Assembly (NCBI GenBank): GCA_964509765.1
Contig: CAZDYI010000011.1
Span: 12,824-76,823 of the forward strand
Source of the DNA: an uncultured Gammaproteobacteria bacterium
Lineage (GTDB): Bacteria; Pseudomonadota; Gammaproteobacteria; Tethybacterales; Tethybacteraceae
Direction of reading: 5' to 3'
DNA length: 64,000 bases
Positions 1 through 9,279 of the stretch are shown in pieces. Under the pieces are notes generated by a model, which worked only from the letters and a program-made list of their open reading frames with translations, had not been told where the DNA came from and did not search any database. Both the position numbers and the translations under genes were made by a program. Numbering within the stretch: position 1 is the first letter of the stretch; each line of letters starts with the position of its first letter.

Positions 1-509
1 CGATCGCCTCGCCCTGCGCGTAGCAGCGCTTTCACGGCGCATTCGCTTTCGGCGCGCAGGAGTTCGCGTTCACGCCGATGAAGCGCATCAGCGGCAGGTC
101 CGACCGCAGCTCCAAAGCGGTATCCCGTCCGACAGGTTGTTCAGACGGCCCATCACCGGATCCTTGAACATCATCACTGCGTCCCACAAGGCGGACGGTC
201 CGACGGTTCCTTGCGCTCGCTGTCCGGTGTGCCCATTCCTCATCCGGCCTCGCCCGGAACCGCTCCCGCGGGCAACTGCTCGAAGCCCGAAAGCTTGTCT
301 CACTTGCCCTCGTCCGGCCGGGCGCATGCGTCCTCGACCCGGGTGAAACTGGTCTGCGGCACCTATGCCTCCCTTGAGCTACGCTTGGCCGTGCGAGTCC
401 AATCTCATCACGTCTCAAACCGGCTTTTCAAGCTCTGGCAAGGCTTCTTCGGGGTAATTGATTGAGGTCCTATAAAGAGAAAACAATCAGATTGCAGCGG
501 AAATCAGGC

Positions 510-577
510 ATGTTGGAGAAAATCCAACATATTGGTGCAGTTGTAAGATTGTTGCGTGGCATTATCCAACATTGTGG
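510..577. promoter_or_regulatory. Perfect palindrome ATGTTGGA-gaaaa-TCCAACAT (510-530) plus a further TCCAACAT half-site (562-577), 20-85 bp upstream of the XRE/ImmA gene; candidate operator
   Basis: Inverted repeat read directly from the sequence; sits in an AT-richer leader just before the CDS start at 596. Confidence 0.4.
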
Positions 578-595
578 TATTATTAAACTCTGACC

Positions 596-1879
596 ATGGC
601 ACAACCCAATCCCGTCACACATCCGTCCGGGGCTGCACGGCCTGAGTCCCATGAGCTTGGCAGGCGCCTGCGTCTGGCCCGGCGGGCACTTGGCCTGAAG
701 CAATCAGAGGTTGCGGAGATGCTGGGAGTCCAGCGCACAGCGATCGGCGAGATCGAGCGCGGCAACCGCAAGGTTGCCAGCCATGAGCTGTCCAAGCTGG
801 CGGACATCTACTGCCGGGACTACGGCGATTTCCTGGAGGGCAGCGCAAGGGGTGATCCCATCGACGGGACTGATCCCCTGACATTGCTGTGCGGCAAGGA
901 GCCGGAGATCAGGCGGCATCGCGAGGCTCGGCAGCAAATGGGCCGGGACCTCAGCCTTTGCCGGACCGGGGAGGGCCTGAAGAGCATGCTGGGCCATCCC
1001 TACAACGCGTCGCCGCCGTCATACCGGATGAAAACCCCGGCCACGGTTGGCGAAGCCTTCCGCCAAGGCGAACGCCTGGCCCGCGACGAGCGCAGGCGCC
1101 TGAACCTCGGGATCAAGCCGGCAGGCAACGTGATCGACGTGATCCAGTCCCAGGGCCTGTGGGCCTCCTGCGTCAACCTGCCTCCTTCGGTCCTCGGAAT
1201 CTGCATCCCGCACCAAGCTGTCGGAAAGGCGCTGTTTGCCAACGCCGGAATCAGTCTCGAGCGCAGGCGCTTCGCCCTTGCGCATGAGTATGCCCATGCC
1301 CTGCTCGAGGACAAGGAAATCAGCGTTTCCGGCAAGACCGGCCCGCGCGACTTGCTTGGGATCCGGGCCGACAGCTTTGCCTCCGGTTTCCTGATGCCTT
1401 GGGAAGGCATTGCGGAGATCATGCTCAGGAACGTCTCCGCAGGCGGCATCAGCGACAAGGAGCTGTTCTTCGAGTCAGGGTCGGACGAGCTCCATAACGT
1501 TCGGCTGAAGAAAGCAACGGTGAAGGAAGGCAGCGCTTTCCAGGACGCTGTCAGGGTTGCGCACCGCTTCAAGGTGAGCTACCAGGCTGCGGTTGCCAGG
1601 ATGTCAAACCTTGGCCTCTTGACCAGCAAGGCAACCAACGAGCTCAAGAAGGAAAAGGAGGTGGGCAACATTTTCCTGGGCGAACTCGGCAGGTCCGGGA
1701 ACTGCGGGCTGCCGGACTGCGAGGGCAACAAGGAGCTGAGAAGCAAGTTCCTGCACCTGTCCGTGGAGGCCTACGCAAGGGAATGCATCTCGCAAGGCCG
1801 CCTGCTGAACCTGGGCAATGACATCGGGGTTGACGCAACGGACATCCTGAGACTGGGATATGTCTCAAGGAGGAACTGA
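596..1879 (+). CDS. XRE-family HTH fused to ImmA/IrrE-type Zn metallopeptidase (HEXXH = HEYAH)
   Basis: N-terminal 'LRLARRALGLKQSEVAEMLGVQRTAIGEIERG' is an XRE helix-turn-helix; central 'FALAHEYAHALLED' is an ImmA/IrrE HExxH motif. Confidence 0.75.
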   Translation: MAQPNPVTHPSGAARPESHELGRRLRLARRALGLKQSEVAEMLGVQRTAIGEIERGNRKVASHELSKLADIYCRDYGDFLEGSARGDPIDGTDPLTLLCGKEPEIRRHREARQQMGRDLSLCRTGEGLKSMLGHPYNASPPSYRMKTPATVGEAFRQGERLARDERRRLNLGIKPAGNVIDVIQSQGLWASCVNLPPSVLGICIPHQAVGKALFANAGISLERRRFALAHEYAHALLEDKEISVSGKTGPRDLLGIRADSFASGFLMPWEGIAEIMLRNVSAGGISDKELFFESGSDELHNVRLKKATVKEGSAFQDAVRVAHRFKVSYQAAVARMSNLGLLTSKATNELKKEKEVGNIFLGELGRSGNCGLPDCEGNKELRSKFLHLSVEAYARECISQGRLLNLGNDIGVDATDILRLGYVSRRN

Positions 1880-2393
1880 AGCGCCTGACAGGCGCGCGCC
1901 GGAGACCGTCGTCCTTGACACCTGCGTGCTGCTCAACTTCATCGTGGTCGGCCGCACGGACCTCCTCGGGAAGCTCCCCCTGGACTTCCTGATTCCTTCG
2001 GAAGTCTGGAAGGAGGTAAGGCAGCCGGCTGCGGCGGCAATTCTCGCACGTGCGATGTCGAGGCGCATCGTTGAGATTGCCTTGCTGAACGACGGCCGCG
2101 AGATGGAGTTGCTAGAGGAGCTTCTCGGTTTCGATAAGATTGACGAAGGAGAAGCCGCTGCGATGGCCATGGCGATATGCCGAAGTCATTCCTTTGCCAC
2201 GGACGACAAGCACGCAAGGAACGAATTCCGAAGATTGAGCTCACTCCGCGTGTACTCCACACAGGACTTGATGGCGCTGTCAATCGAGCAGGGACTCCTG
2301 GACGTTGAGACTGCTGACAGGATATTGCAGGAATGGAGGGATAAACGCTCTTTCGCATTGAAGATCAGAAGCTTCGCGGACCTCGGCCTGTAA
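1860..2393 (+). CDS. PIN-domain protein (VapC-like nuclease)
   Basis: 'VVLDTCVLLNF' N-terminal PIN motif with downstream acidic residues (E..., DEGE, TDDKH); start overlaps the ImmA gene by 20 nt. Confidence 0.65.
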   Translation: MSQGGTEAPDRRAPETVVLDTCVLLNFIVVGRTDLLGKLPLDFLIPSEVWKEVRQPAAAAILARAMSRRIVEIALLNDGREMELLEELLGFDKIDEGEAAAMAMAICRSHSFATDDKHARNEFRRLSSLRVYSTQDLMALSIEQGLLDVETADRILQEWRDKRSFALKIRSFADLGL

Positions 2394-2662
2394 GCGCCGG
2401 CCTTGTGAACTGCAGCAAGAGTCCGGAATGGAATGAGAAGGGACGGTGTGCGATTGCGGTCCTTGCCTGGATGATTCCCGGCTTCACTTCCCGACAAGCC
2501 TTGTTGCCGCATGCAGGACTTCCGCAGTCCTGACCCATGAATCGATCGTGGGCGCCTCAACATCTTCATAGTCAGACAGGGTTCATGGCTCACGACGACT
2601 TCTGATCGCGGCTGCACGTCATAGGAAGCCCTCCGCTGGACATGGAAGGCTACAATTGAAAC

Positions 2663-3439
2663 ATGAAACCCGCAGAGTGCAAGAAGCTGGTGTCAGGTTA
2701 CCTGGCATGGGTGCGCAAGGGCCTTACAGTGCACGAGCTGAAGAGGGGCGGGACGTGCGTGATCACAACCCCGTTCGTCAACCGCATCAACGACTGCCTG
2801 CAGGTCTTTGCGGAGCGCAAGGGGGGCATGGTCTGCCTTCACGACGGAGGGGACGTCCTCGCAGAGCTGAAGTTTCTCAGCATCGACTTCAAGTCTCCGG
2901 ACCAGAAGGACAGGCTCGAGATCATCCTCAACGACCTCGCGGTCCGCACTGACGGCAAAAGGCTCTTCGTCAAGGTGTCCGAGGAGGACGTGGGGCTGGC
3001 GCTGAACAACCTGATTCAGGCCATGCTTGCCGTGGGCGACCTGTACGTGTGGGCCACGACGCGGCGCCGCAAGTCGTATTTCGACGAGGACGTCTCGAGC
3101 TTCCTCAAGTCGAACTCGGTCAGGTTCAGCCACCGCGTCAACCTCACGGGAAGGTCGGGGTTCAAGCACTACATCGACTACCTGGTTCCGGACTCCGACT
3201 CGGCCCCCGAGCGAATCATCAAGGCCATCAACTCCCCGAACAAGAGCTCCATCAGCCACTACCTGTTCGCGCTCGAGGACATCAGGAAGGAAAGGAAGAA
3301 CGGGGTACAGACCCTGGCTCTGCTGAACGACTCCAGGGCGGAAGTGAAGGACGGGATATTCGGCGCCCTTGAGGCATACCAGGTCCAGCCCGTGCTGTGG
3401 TCGGAGCGCAAGAAGTTCGTCAAGCAGCTCGCTGCTTGA
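2663..3439 (+). CDS. Hypothetical conserved protein, 258 aa
   Basis: Balanced amino-acid composition with an ATG start; the antisense 301-aa ORF is low-complexity R/P/G-rich, so the + strand ORF is preferred. Confidence 0.5.
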   Translation: MKPAECKKLVSGYLAWVRKGLTVHELKRGGTCVITTPFVNRINDCLQVFAERKGGMVCLHDGGDVLAELKFLSIDFKSPDQKDRLEIILNDLAVRTDGKRLFVKVSEEDVGLALNNLIQAMLAVGDLYVWATTRRRKSYFDEDVSSFLKSNSVRFSHRVNLTGRSGFKHYIDYLVPDSDSAPERIIKAINSPNKSSISHYLFALEDIRKERKNGVQTLALLNDSRAEVKDGIFGALEAYQVQPVLWSERKKFVKQLAA

Positions 3440-3620
3440 CCCTGTTGCCGAACCGGAGGCGCCTTGCTTCCAAGCCGCGTCCTGACGGCGCGAAAAAGAC
3501 GGGCGCGGCAGCCCCTGTGAGCGGCGGCAGGATTGGCCTCTCTTCAGGGCCTTCGGAATCGGAAGCGCTCCTGCGCGCCAATCCGGCGCCTTGGGCATCG
3601 CGAAATTATGGGCGCCTCCA

Positions 3621-3740
3621 TTAAAGGCGCCTCTGTTTGTTCAGACCGAGCAGGGCTTCAATGGAAATCGGTTCAATATGCACAGCCTGTGTTGCATACA
3701 GACGTGGCTTGCGCGTCTTCTTTGGATTTAGAGAGGTGCC
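3621..3740 (+). repeat. ~120-bp imperfect direct repeat, copy A (partner at 5010-5130)
   Basis: By-eye alignment to 5010-5130 gives ~83% identity, including the shared core 'CCGAGCAGGGCTTCAA...GTGTTGCATACAGAC'. Confidence 0.7.
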
Positions 3741-3915
3741 TTCCTGTTGTTTGGCTCCTCTCAGCAGGAAAGATCCGGCGGTTTGTTCAGTGCCGGTCTT
3801 CATGTTGTGAGAATTATGGTTCTTTTTTCTGCATCTGTTTCAATCCTGACCTTGAACGAAGGCCTGGAGATCACGATGTAGGCACCGGAGGCCAGTGCGG
3901 CTTCTTCATCGCAAA

Positions 3916-4188
3916 TCAGATTTTCATCAGTTTTGTCTGATCACGGTGACTCACGCGCCCGTCAATCAGCACGATGCCCTTGTGGGGCAGCAGGTCTCTG
4001 AAGACCGGCTCCCCGAAGTCGTTGACATGCGTGATGAGCACGCGGTCCTGCTCAAAGGCCAAGGCAAGGATGTCTTCGTCCGAAGCCCCCGGAATCACGT
4101 CTTCCGCGAGCAACACGTCCTGTTGCAGGTCCAGCAGGGCTGTGACGAGATCGCCTGCTCTTACGCAGGCGTCGAGGAAGAACCTCAA
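3916..4188 (-). CDS. DUF5615 (Mut7-C/PIN-like) toxin-type protein
   Basis: 'MRFFLDACV...LITHVNDF...GIVLIDGR' matches the DUF5615 pattern; 4-nt overlap with the upstream DUF433 gene. Confidence 0.7.
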   Translation of the reverse strand: MRFFLDACVRAGDLVTALLDLQQDVLLAEDVIPGASDEDILALAFEQDRVLITHVNDFGEPVFRDLLPHKGIVLIDGRVSHRDQTKLMKI

Positions 4189-4484
4189 GCGGCAGGCTGT
4201 ACGCCTCTGTCCTTGCGTATCCCCTGTTTTTCAATGACGCGCTCTGCGTACAGCAGGCACGCCTGGATGTCCTCCGGCTCGAGACTGTCGTATTGCTCGA
4301 GCAAGGTGCGCACGCTCCAGCCGCCTGCCATCTTGTTCAGGACGTGCTCCACGGCAAAGCGCATGCCGCGGATGGTGGGACGGCCCCCGCAAACCCCGGG
4401 CTTGCGCTTGATGCGCCTCAGCAACTCCTCCTCGTGCGAGGCGGTCGCCTCCGCAGCTGCGGTGTCGCTGGCGAGAGTGGTCAT
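4185..4484 (-). CDS. DUF433 antitoxin-like protein
   Basis: 'KPGVCGGRPTIRGMRFAVEHVLNKMAGGWSVRTLLEQYDSLEPEDIQACLLYA' is a DUF433 signature. Confidence 0.7.
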   Translation of the reverse strand: MTTLASDTAAAEATASHEEELLRRIKRKPGVCGGRPTIRGMRFAVEHVLNKMAGGWSVRTLLEQYDSLEPEDIQACLLYAERVIEKQGIRKDRGVQPAA

Positions 4485-4551
4485 GATCGGGTTTCTGCCC
4501 TTGGGTGAAAATTATACGGTGTCCGGGATGAAAGCCAGCCGCTGTTCGCGG

Positions 4552-4839
4552 TCATTTGGAAGGCTCGCGGACAGTGATGTAGTCGTTCACGTTGTCGTAG
4601 GCGACGCTTCCGTATGCGTACACGAGGCAGGCCTGGATGTCCTCGGTGTTGAGGTCGGGAAGCTCCTTGATGATGTCCTTGGGCTCCTTGCCGTAGGCAA
4701 GCATGTGCAGGACCTTCCCCACTGGAATCGGCAGGTCCCGCACCACCGGCCTGCCGGACATGACGTCCGGATTGACGGTGATCAGCTTCAGGATGGAGGC
4801 GTCCTGCTCCAGTCCCGGATCATATTCGTGTTCCTCCAT
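4552..4839 (-). CDS. Second DUF433-family protein (tandem paralog)
   Basis: 'MSGRPVVRDLPIPVGKVLHMLAYG...EDIQACLVYA' is a DUF433 signature. Confidence 0.65.
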   Translation of the reverse strand: MEEHEYDPGLEQDASILKLITVNPDVMSGRPVVRDLPIPVGKVLHMLAYGKEPKDIIKELPDLNTEDIQACLVYAYGSVAYDNVNDYITVREPSK

Positions 4840-5009
4840 GAGTCAATTCTACAAGAAACCACCCGCAGCTTCAGACAGGGGACGGTCTCGAAGTTTGTTG
4901 GCCGGCGCTCTCCGGCTGAAACGCGCGAAGTCTCGGGGGGCATTCGGTCTTTGAATCATTCAATCTGAGTATCCCGTGGCGAAAGCAATCGCAGGATTAT
5001 TGGTGCGTG

Positions 5010-5130
5010 TTAAAGTCACCTCAATTTATTCAGGCCGAGCAGGGCTTCAACGGAAATTAGCTCAACATTCACAGCCCGTGTTGCATACAGACTTGGTTTG
5101 CACGTCATCTTTGGATTTTATTGATGTGCC
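5010..5130 (+). repeat. ~120-bp imperfect direct repeat, copy B
   Basis: Aligns to 3621-3740; together the two copies bracket the DUF5615/DUF433/DUF433 cassette. Confidence 0.7.
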
Positions 5131-5207
5131 TTTGAGCTGGTGAGGAAGGAGAAAATGGAGCTGGTCCTTATGCGCTGAAGAGCATGGCTTTAATGGTCCG
5201 GACTGGA

Positions 5208-6512
5208 CTATGCCGCATTGCATTCCCGCAGCCAAGGCCTGACCAGGCTTGCTATCGGCCACGCTTCGGTCCCGTCGCGGAACCTGACCGTCTCGTACCC
5301 GCCGTGGAAGAGGATCGCGCGCCTGCACCGGTTGCCGGCAAGCCTCTTGAACTCGACGAGGTCCTTTCTGTAGCGCGGGTGAGGCTCGTTCGAATCTGAC
5401 ACCTCGAACGCAATGAGCTCCGTGCCCAGGTCCAGGACGATTCCGACCTCGATGCCGTTCTTCTCGCCGTAGTATCGGAACTCGGATTCGAGGCTCGCGG
5501 AGCTGAGCTCTCTGTGCTTGCGCAGCTCGGACAGGACGAAGTTCTCGAGAAGGCGTCCCCAGCAAGGCGAGGACCGCAGGCTCTCTGCGTCCAGCTGCAG
5601 CATGGTTGTCGCGAGGCCGCTGTCGTTGACGTGCAGCTTGCACTTGCCCGACAGCTTCCTGCCTCTCAATGGCGCGCGGAGGTTCGGCAGCTGCTCGATC
5701 AGGTGGCTGCTATCCAGGAAGTCATGGACCAGCCCGGCGATTCGGTCGGATCCCCCGATCTCCTTTGCAAGCTCGGAATAGTTTCTCTGTTGCCCGATGC
5801 TGCCCGACAGCTTTGTCAACAGTCTCCTTCGTGAGTTCATGCCGGCAACCTTGCTCTTGTGCAGCGCGGCAACAACGATCTCCTCGAAAATGTACTCTTC
5901 CTTGATTCCCTTCATGTTTCCTGAGGCGCGTGCGTGCACTCGCGGGTATCCTCCTGTCGCGACGGCCTTCTCCAGCGAAACCGGTTCGAGCTTCTGCGGC
6001 GGACTCCGGCCTTCGATCACCGCATCGATGAGGTTGCCGCTCCCAGTCGGCTCCTCCCCGTGCTCTTCCGGTTCGGCTTCCGGCTGCAGGTCCGCGTTGA
6101 TCTCGTGCTGACTGCACGGGCGCATGTGCAGGCTTGCCTTCCTGCAGCCAAGCTCCTTGAAGGTTGCCTTCGTGCGGGTGCGGTCTCCTGTCCCGGTGAT
6201 CAGGAACAGGCCGTTGTCGCCGCGCTCGTCCGCGTGCGTGGTGACGGCCGGCGCCAGCTCCGGCATCATCCGGATCTCGTCTACGACCGTGAGCTGCGAG
6301 CCGTCGCCGACGAGGCGCGGGTTTTCTGCCAGCATTCTTCGCGTGTGCGGGTCGGCCAGCGTCAGGTAGCGGCCGTCCATCAGCTCGCAGACGCGCCTGG
6401 CCGCAACAGTCTTGCCTACGCATGCGGCCCCTTCCAGCACGACGACCTGGAAGTTGCGCAGCTTCCCCATGATTGCCGACTCGATGTGCCTCGTGACATG
6501 CCTTGCTCCCAT
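5208..6512 (-). CDS. AAA+ ATPase of the DUF4143 (COG1373-like) family
   Basis: Walker A 'LEGAACVGKT' near the N-terminus; ~430 aa with the C-terminal domain typical of DUF4143 ATPases. Confidence 0.7.
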   Translation of the reverse strand: MGARHVTRHIESAIMGKLRNFQVVVLEGAACVGKTVAARRVCELMDGRYLTLADPHTRRMLAENPRLVGDGSQLTVVDEIRMMPELAPAVTTHADERGDNGLFLITGTGDRTRTKATFKELGCRKASLHMRPCSQHEINADLQPEAEPEEHGEEPTGSGNLIDAVIEGRSPPQKLEPVSLEKAVATGGYPRVHARASGNMKGIKEEYIFEEIVVAALHKSKVAGMNSRRRLLTKLSGSIGQQRNYSELAKEIGGSDRIAGLVHDFLDSSHLIEQLPNLRAPLRGRKLSGKCKLHVNDSGLATTMLQLDAESLRSSPCWGRLLENFVLSELRKHRELSSASLESEFRYYGEKNGIEVGIVLDLGTELIAFEVSDSNEPHPRYRKDLVEFKRLAGNRCRRAILFHGGYETVRFRDGTEAWPIASLVRPWLRECNAA

Positions 6513-6599
6513 GGCATGTGCATGCTACCACCTTCCGGACCTGTAACGATTCTGGCTTGACCCAAGTTCAAGACAGATTCGCATTAAGTGCGAATTCAA

Positions 6600-6616
6600 T
6601 TTGAACTAAGTTCAAA
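6600..6616. promoter_or_regulatory. Perfect palindrome TTTGAACT-A-AGTTCAAA in a divergent intergenic region (extra AAGTTCAAG half-site at 6564-6572)
   Basis: Inverted repeat read from the sequence; lies between the - strand ATPase (start 6512) and the + strand gene at 6916. Confidence 0.35.
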
Positions 6617-6903
6617 CGGGATTTGAAAAAAGTTCTGTCTACTGACCTGTCCGCAATCAGCAGCCAGGCAGGGATTCAAGGGCAGGGCGTGTCCCTAGGC
6701 ACCGGAACGATTCCGCCCCGTCATGATCCCGTCATCTGGCCGATCATTGTTGCGTGTGCCTTTTTTTTTTCGCTGAATGGAGCTGGCGGTTGTTCCTTCA
6801 GCCCTCAGATGATGCTGAATTTCACCTGTATTTTCAAAATTCAGCCGTAGTCCCCGAAAAACTTCACCTGTTTTGGCATTATTCGCCGCAAGGAAATATC
6901 GTG

Positions 6904-6909
6904 TATAAT
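6904..6909 (+). promoter_or_regulatory. TATAAT -10 element 6 nt upstream of ATG 6916 (possible leaderless transcript)
   Basis: 'gtgTATAATttagttATG' with a T-rich tract upstream at 6760-6770. Confidence 0.3.
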
Positions 6910-6915
6910 TTAGTT

Positions 6916-9279
6916 ATGCCCAAGGAAGCCATGGCGAAAATCAGCGCCACCGAGGACGACATCCTCCTGGCGGTTCTCCCGAATTTGCTCGCCGTGAAGG
7001 TCAGCTTTCCGTTCGTTCCGGAAATCGCGAACCCCGCCTCGGCGGACAGCATCAGGAAGGCGCTCGGCGGGGACTACTCCTCGATCAGGCTCGAAAGCTC
7101 GCGGGACGGCGGTCCGTACAGGCATGGTTCGCCCTCGCCTGGGGGCGCGCCGCACGGCATGGTCTGGAGCCTGTCGGAACACGGCTGGGGCGTGGCCTGG
7201 AAGGCCGCGCTCACTCCGGACGGTGTGGAGCTCGAGGCCAGGGACTGCGGCAACGCGCCTGCGCTTCTCGACAGGCTCGCCGCGCTCGTGTCCAAGATCC
7301 GCGAGCTGTTCAGCCCGGGCTGCTGCAGCCGCGTCGGCATGCGCATGTTCTGCGAGACAACGGAGCGCGCTGCGGGCGGCATGGTCCGAACGGAGTGCCT
7401 GGGCCCTGCCTGGCCCGTGGGCGAGAAGCCCCTGCCGACGGTTGCGGCAATCGGGCCCTCGAGGTCGGAGACCGTGTTCCGGACCGAAGGGGGAACCGTC
7501 GTCAAGGGCAGGTGGGGACAGCTGTCCGACGGCGACATCGAGGACGCGGACGCGGCCGGAGCCGGCAGCGGGCGCGACTGGGCGCTCGACGTCAGCCTGC
7601 ACAGGAGCGAGGCGCTGCCCTTCGACGCCGGCGCGGTCCGCGCAGAGGCCGCGGGGATCTCATGCACGCTCTCGCAGTTTGTGTCGAGCCTGGTCACCGA
7701 CGGGTTCAGGATGAACAGGGGGCTTTTCCCCATGAGCCTGTTCCGGGAAGGAGAGGGAATCGAAACCGGTCCGCGCCCTGCAGGCGGCGGCCGCGACGGG
7801 CCGCTGGGCCCGGCCCGGACCGTCGCCGAGATCCGCCGCGTCTCGGGCCTGGTGTGGGAGGAGATCGCCGGGCTGTTCGGGGTCACCCGGCGCACCGTTC
7901 ACAACTGGGCCGGCGGAACGGGGATGACCAGGAGGAGGCAGGAGCAGGCGCGCAGGCTGCTGGATGCCATGAGGCGCATGGGCCGCGGAACGGACGGCAG
8001 CGCCCGGGAGCTGCTCATGCAGGCCGGGGCGCCCGGCGGCAGGACCAGGTTCGACCTGCTCAAGGAGGGCAGCTACGAGCAGGCCCTCGCAGGTGTAGAG
8101 GACCTCGGCGCCAGGCAGGAGGCTTCCGGGCTCGGAGGCGGTTCCGCGCTGGCGCCTGCGGAAGCCGACCGGCCTGAGGCGGCGCCGGATGCCATGCCGG
8201 GAGGCCCGGCCGGAGGGGACCGGGAGCCGGAGCCGGAGCGGAAGGGCGAGGAGGCGGAAGATCCGTTGCATCCCCTGGATGCCATTCTCGAGATTCGAAT
8301 CATGCCCGGCCTGACCTGGGAGGAGGTGGATGAGCTGTTCGGCGAGGATCCGAACACGGTCAGGGGATGGACCGGCGGAGAACCAATGACGGAAGAACAA
8401 AGGGCCTTGATGTACAGGATGCTTGCGGTCATGATGCACATGTACAGGGGATCGGGAATTGGGACGCGCGCCCTGCTCGATGAGGTCGAGCCGGAAAGCG
8501 GCATGACCAGGTTCGACCTGATGAAGGAAAGACGTTTCGACGAGGCTCTGTCAGGGGTGAGGAACCTGGGCGTCAAGAGGTACGTGAACCAAACCCCGGT
8601 CGAGGCCTCGGCGGCGCCAGTGAGAACGCCGATTGACGTGCAGCTCAGCCGGATCGACGATCCCCATCCCTTGTCAATCACGGGACAGAGGCTGACGGCG
8701 GAGAGGGTCGCAAAGGAACGGAAGAAGCTGGAAGAGGAACATGTCAAGGCCGGGGGCAAGCTGGCCCCGAGGCCCGAGTCGCTGGGGCAGGGGGAGGAAG
8801 ACATGTTGACGCCCCTGCAGATGATCTACGAGCTCCGCATAAACTCCGGCCTCGACAAGAAAGAGGTGGCCGAGCTGTTCGGAGTGCCGTGGACCACCAC
8901 GAGCAGGTGGAACGTAAGCTGCCCCCAGATGACGCTCGAGCAATGGGAGTTGATGGACAGGCTGCGGGCGACCATGATGCACATGTTCCGCGGCAGTAAA
9001 TACGCGACCCGCGAGCTGCTGATGGAGGTCGAGCAAAAAAGCTGCAAGTCCAGGTTCGAGCTGCTCAAGGAAGGCCGCTTCGACGAGGCCCTGGCCGGGG
9101 TCGAGGACCTGGGCCTCGCCCGGCGCATTTTTTACAACCCTCCCATAGACCCTACTGCCTTTCAGGACTATCTTGGCGTGCCTAGGCGGAAAGCAGACGG
9201 AAGCTATGAAGAACCGATAAGCAGACGCGGAGATCGCGGGAAAGCAGGAAAAAGGGACCCGGCGGAACTCGGCGAATGA
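6916..9279 (+). CDS. Large protein: ~330-aa unknown N-domain followed by three tandem ~100-aa repeats, each an XRE-like HTH plus an Xre/MbcA/ParS-antitoxin (DUF2384)-like segment
   Basis: Three repeats: 'ARTVAEIRRVSGLVWEEIAGLFGVTRRTVHNW...RFDLLKEGSYEQALAGVEDLG', 'PLDAILEIRIMPGLTWEEVDELFGEDPNTVRGW...RFDLMKERRFDEALSGVRNLG', 'PLQMIYELRINSGLDKKEVAELFGVPWTTTSRW...RFELLKEGRFDEALAGVEDLG'. Confidence 0.6.
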   Translation: MPKEAMAKISATEDDILLAVLPNLLAVKVSFPFVPEIANPASADSIRKALGGDYSSIRLESSRDGGPYRHGSPSPGGAPHGMVWSLSEHGWGVAWKAALTPDGVELEARDCGNAPALLDRLAALVSKIRELFSPGCCSRVGMRMFCETTERAAGGMVRTECLGPAWPVGEKPLPTVAAIGPSRSETVFRTEGGTVVKGRWGQLSDGDIEDADAAGAGSGRDWALDVSLHRSEALPFDAGAVRAEAAGISCTLSQFVSSLVTDGFRMNRGLFPMSLFREGEGIETGPRPAGGGRDGPLGPARTVAEIRRVSGLVWEEIAGLFGVTRRTVHNWAGGTGMTRRRQEQARRLLDAMRRMGRGTDGSARELLMQAGAPGGRTRFDLLKEGSYEQALAGVEDLGARQEASGLGGGSALAPAEADRPEAAPDAMPGGPAGGDREPEPERKGEEAEDPLHPLDAILEIRIMPGLTWEEVDELFGEDPNTVRGWTGGEPMTEEQRALMYRMLAVMMHMYRGSGIGTRALLDEVEPESGMTRFDLMKERRFDEALSGVRNLGVKRYVNQTPVEASAAPVRTPIDVQLSRIDDPHPLSITGQRLTAERVAKERKKLEEEHVKAGGKLAPRPESLGQGEEDMLTPLQMIYELRINSGLDKKEVAELFGVPWTTTSRWNVSCPQMTLEQWELMDRLRATMMHMFRGSKYATRELLMEVEQKSCKSRFELLKEGRFDEALAGVEDLGLARRIFYNPPIDPTAFQDYLGVPRRKADGSYEEPISRRGDRGKAGKRDPAELGE

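Noticed and set aside
1-595. Possible gene remnant or RNA at the window start (ORFs 32-418 minus, 211-465 plus)
   Set aside because: No convincing protein motifs or tRNA-like structure by eye; the window edge prevents a judgement.
2693-3598. 301-aa minus-strand ORF overlapping the 2663-3439 gene
   Set aside because: Low-complexity composition; the + strand ORF has a balanced composition and a proper start.
3895-4968. 357-aa plus-strand ORF spanning the TA cassette
   Set aside because: Antisense to three well-formed DUF5615/DUF433 genes; composition is atypical for a real protein.
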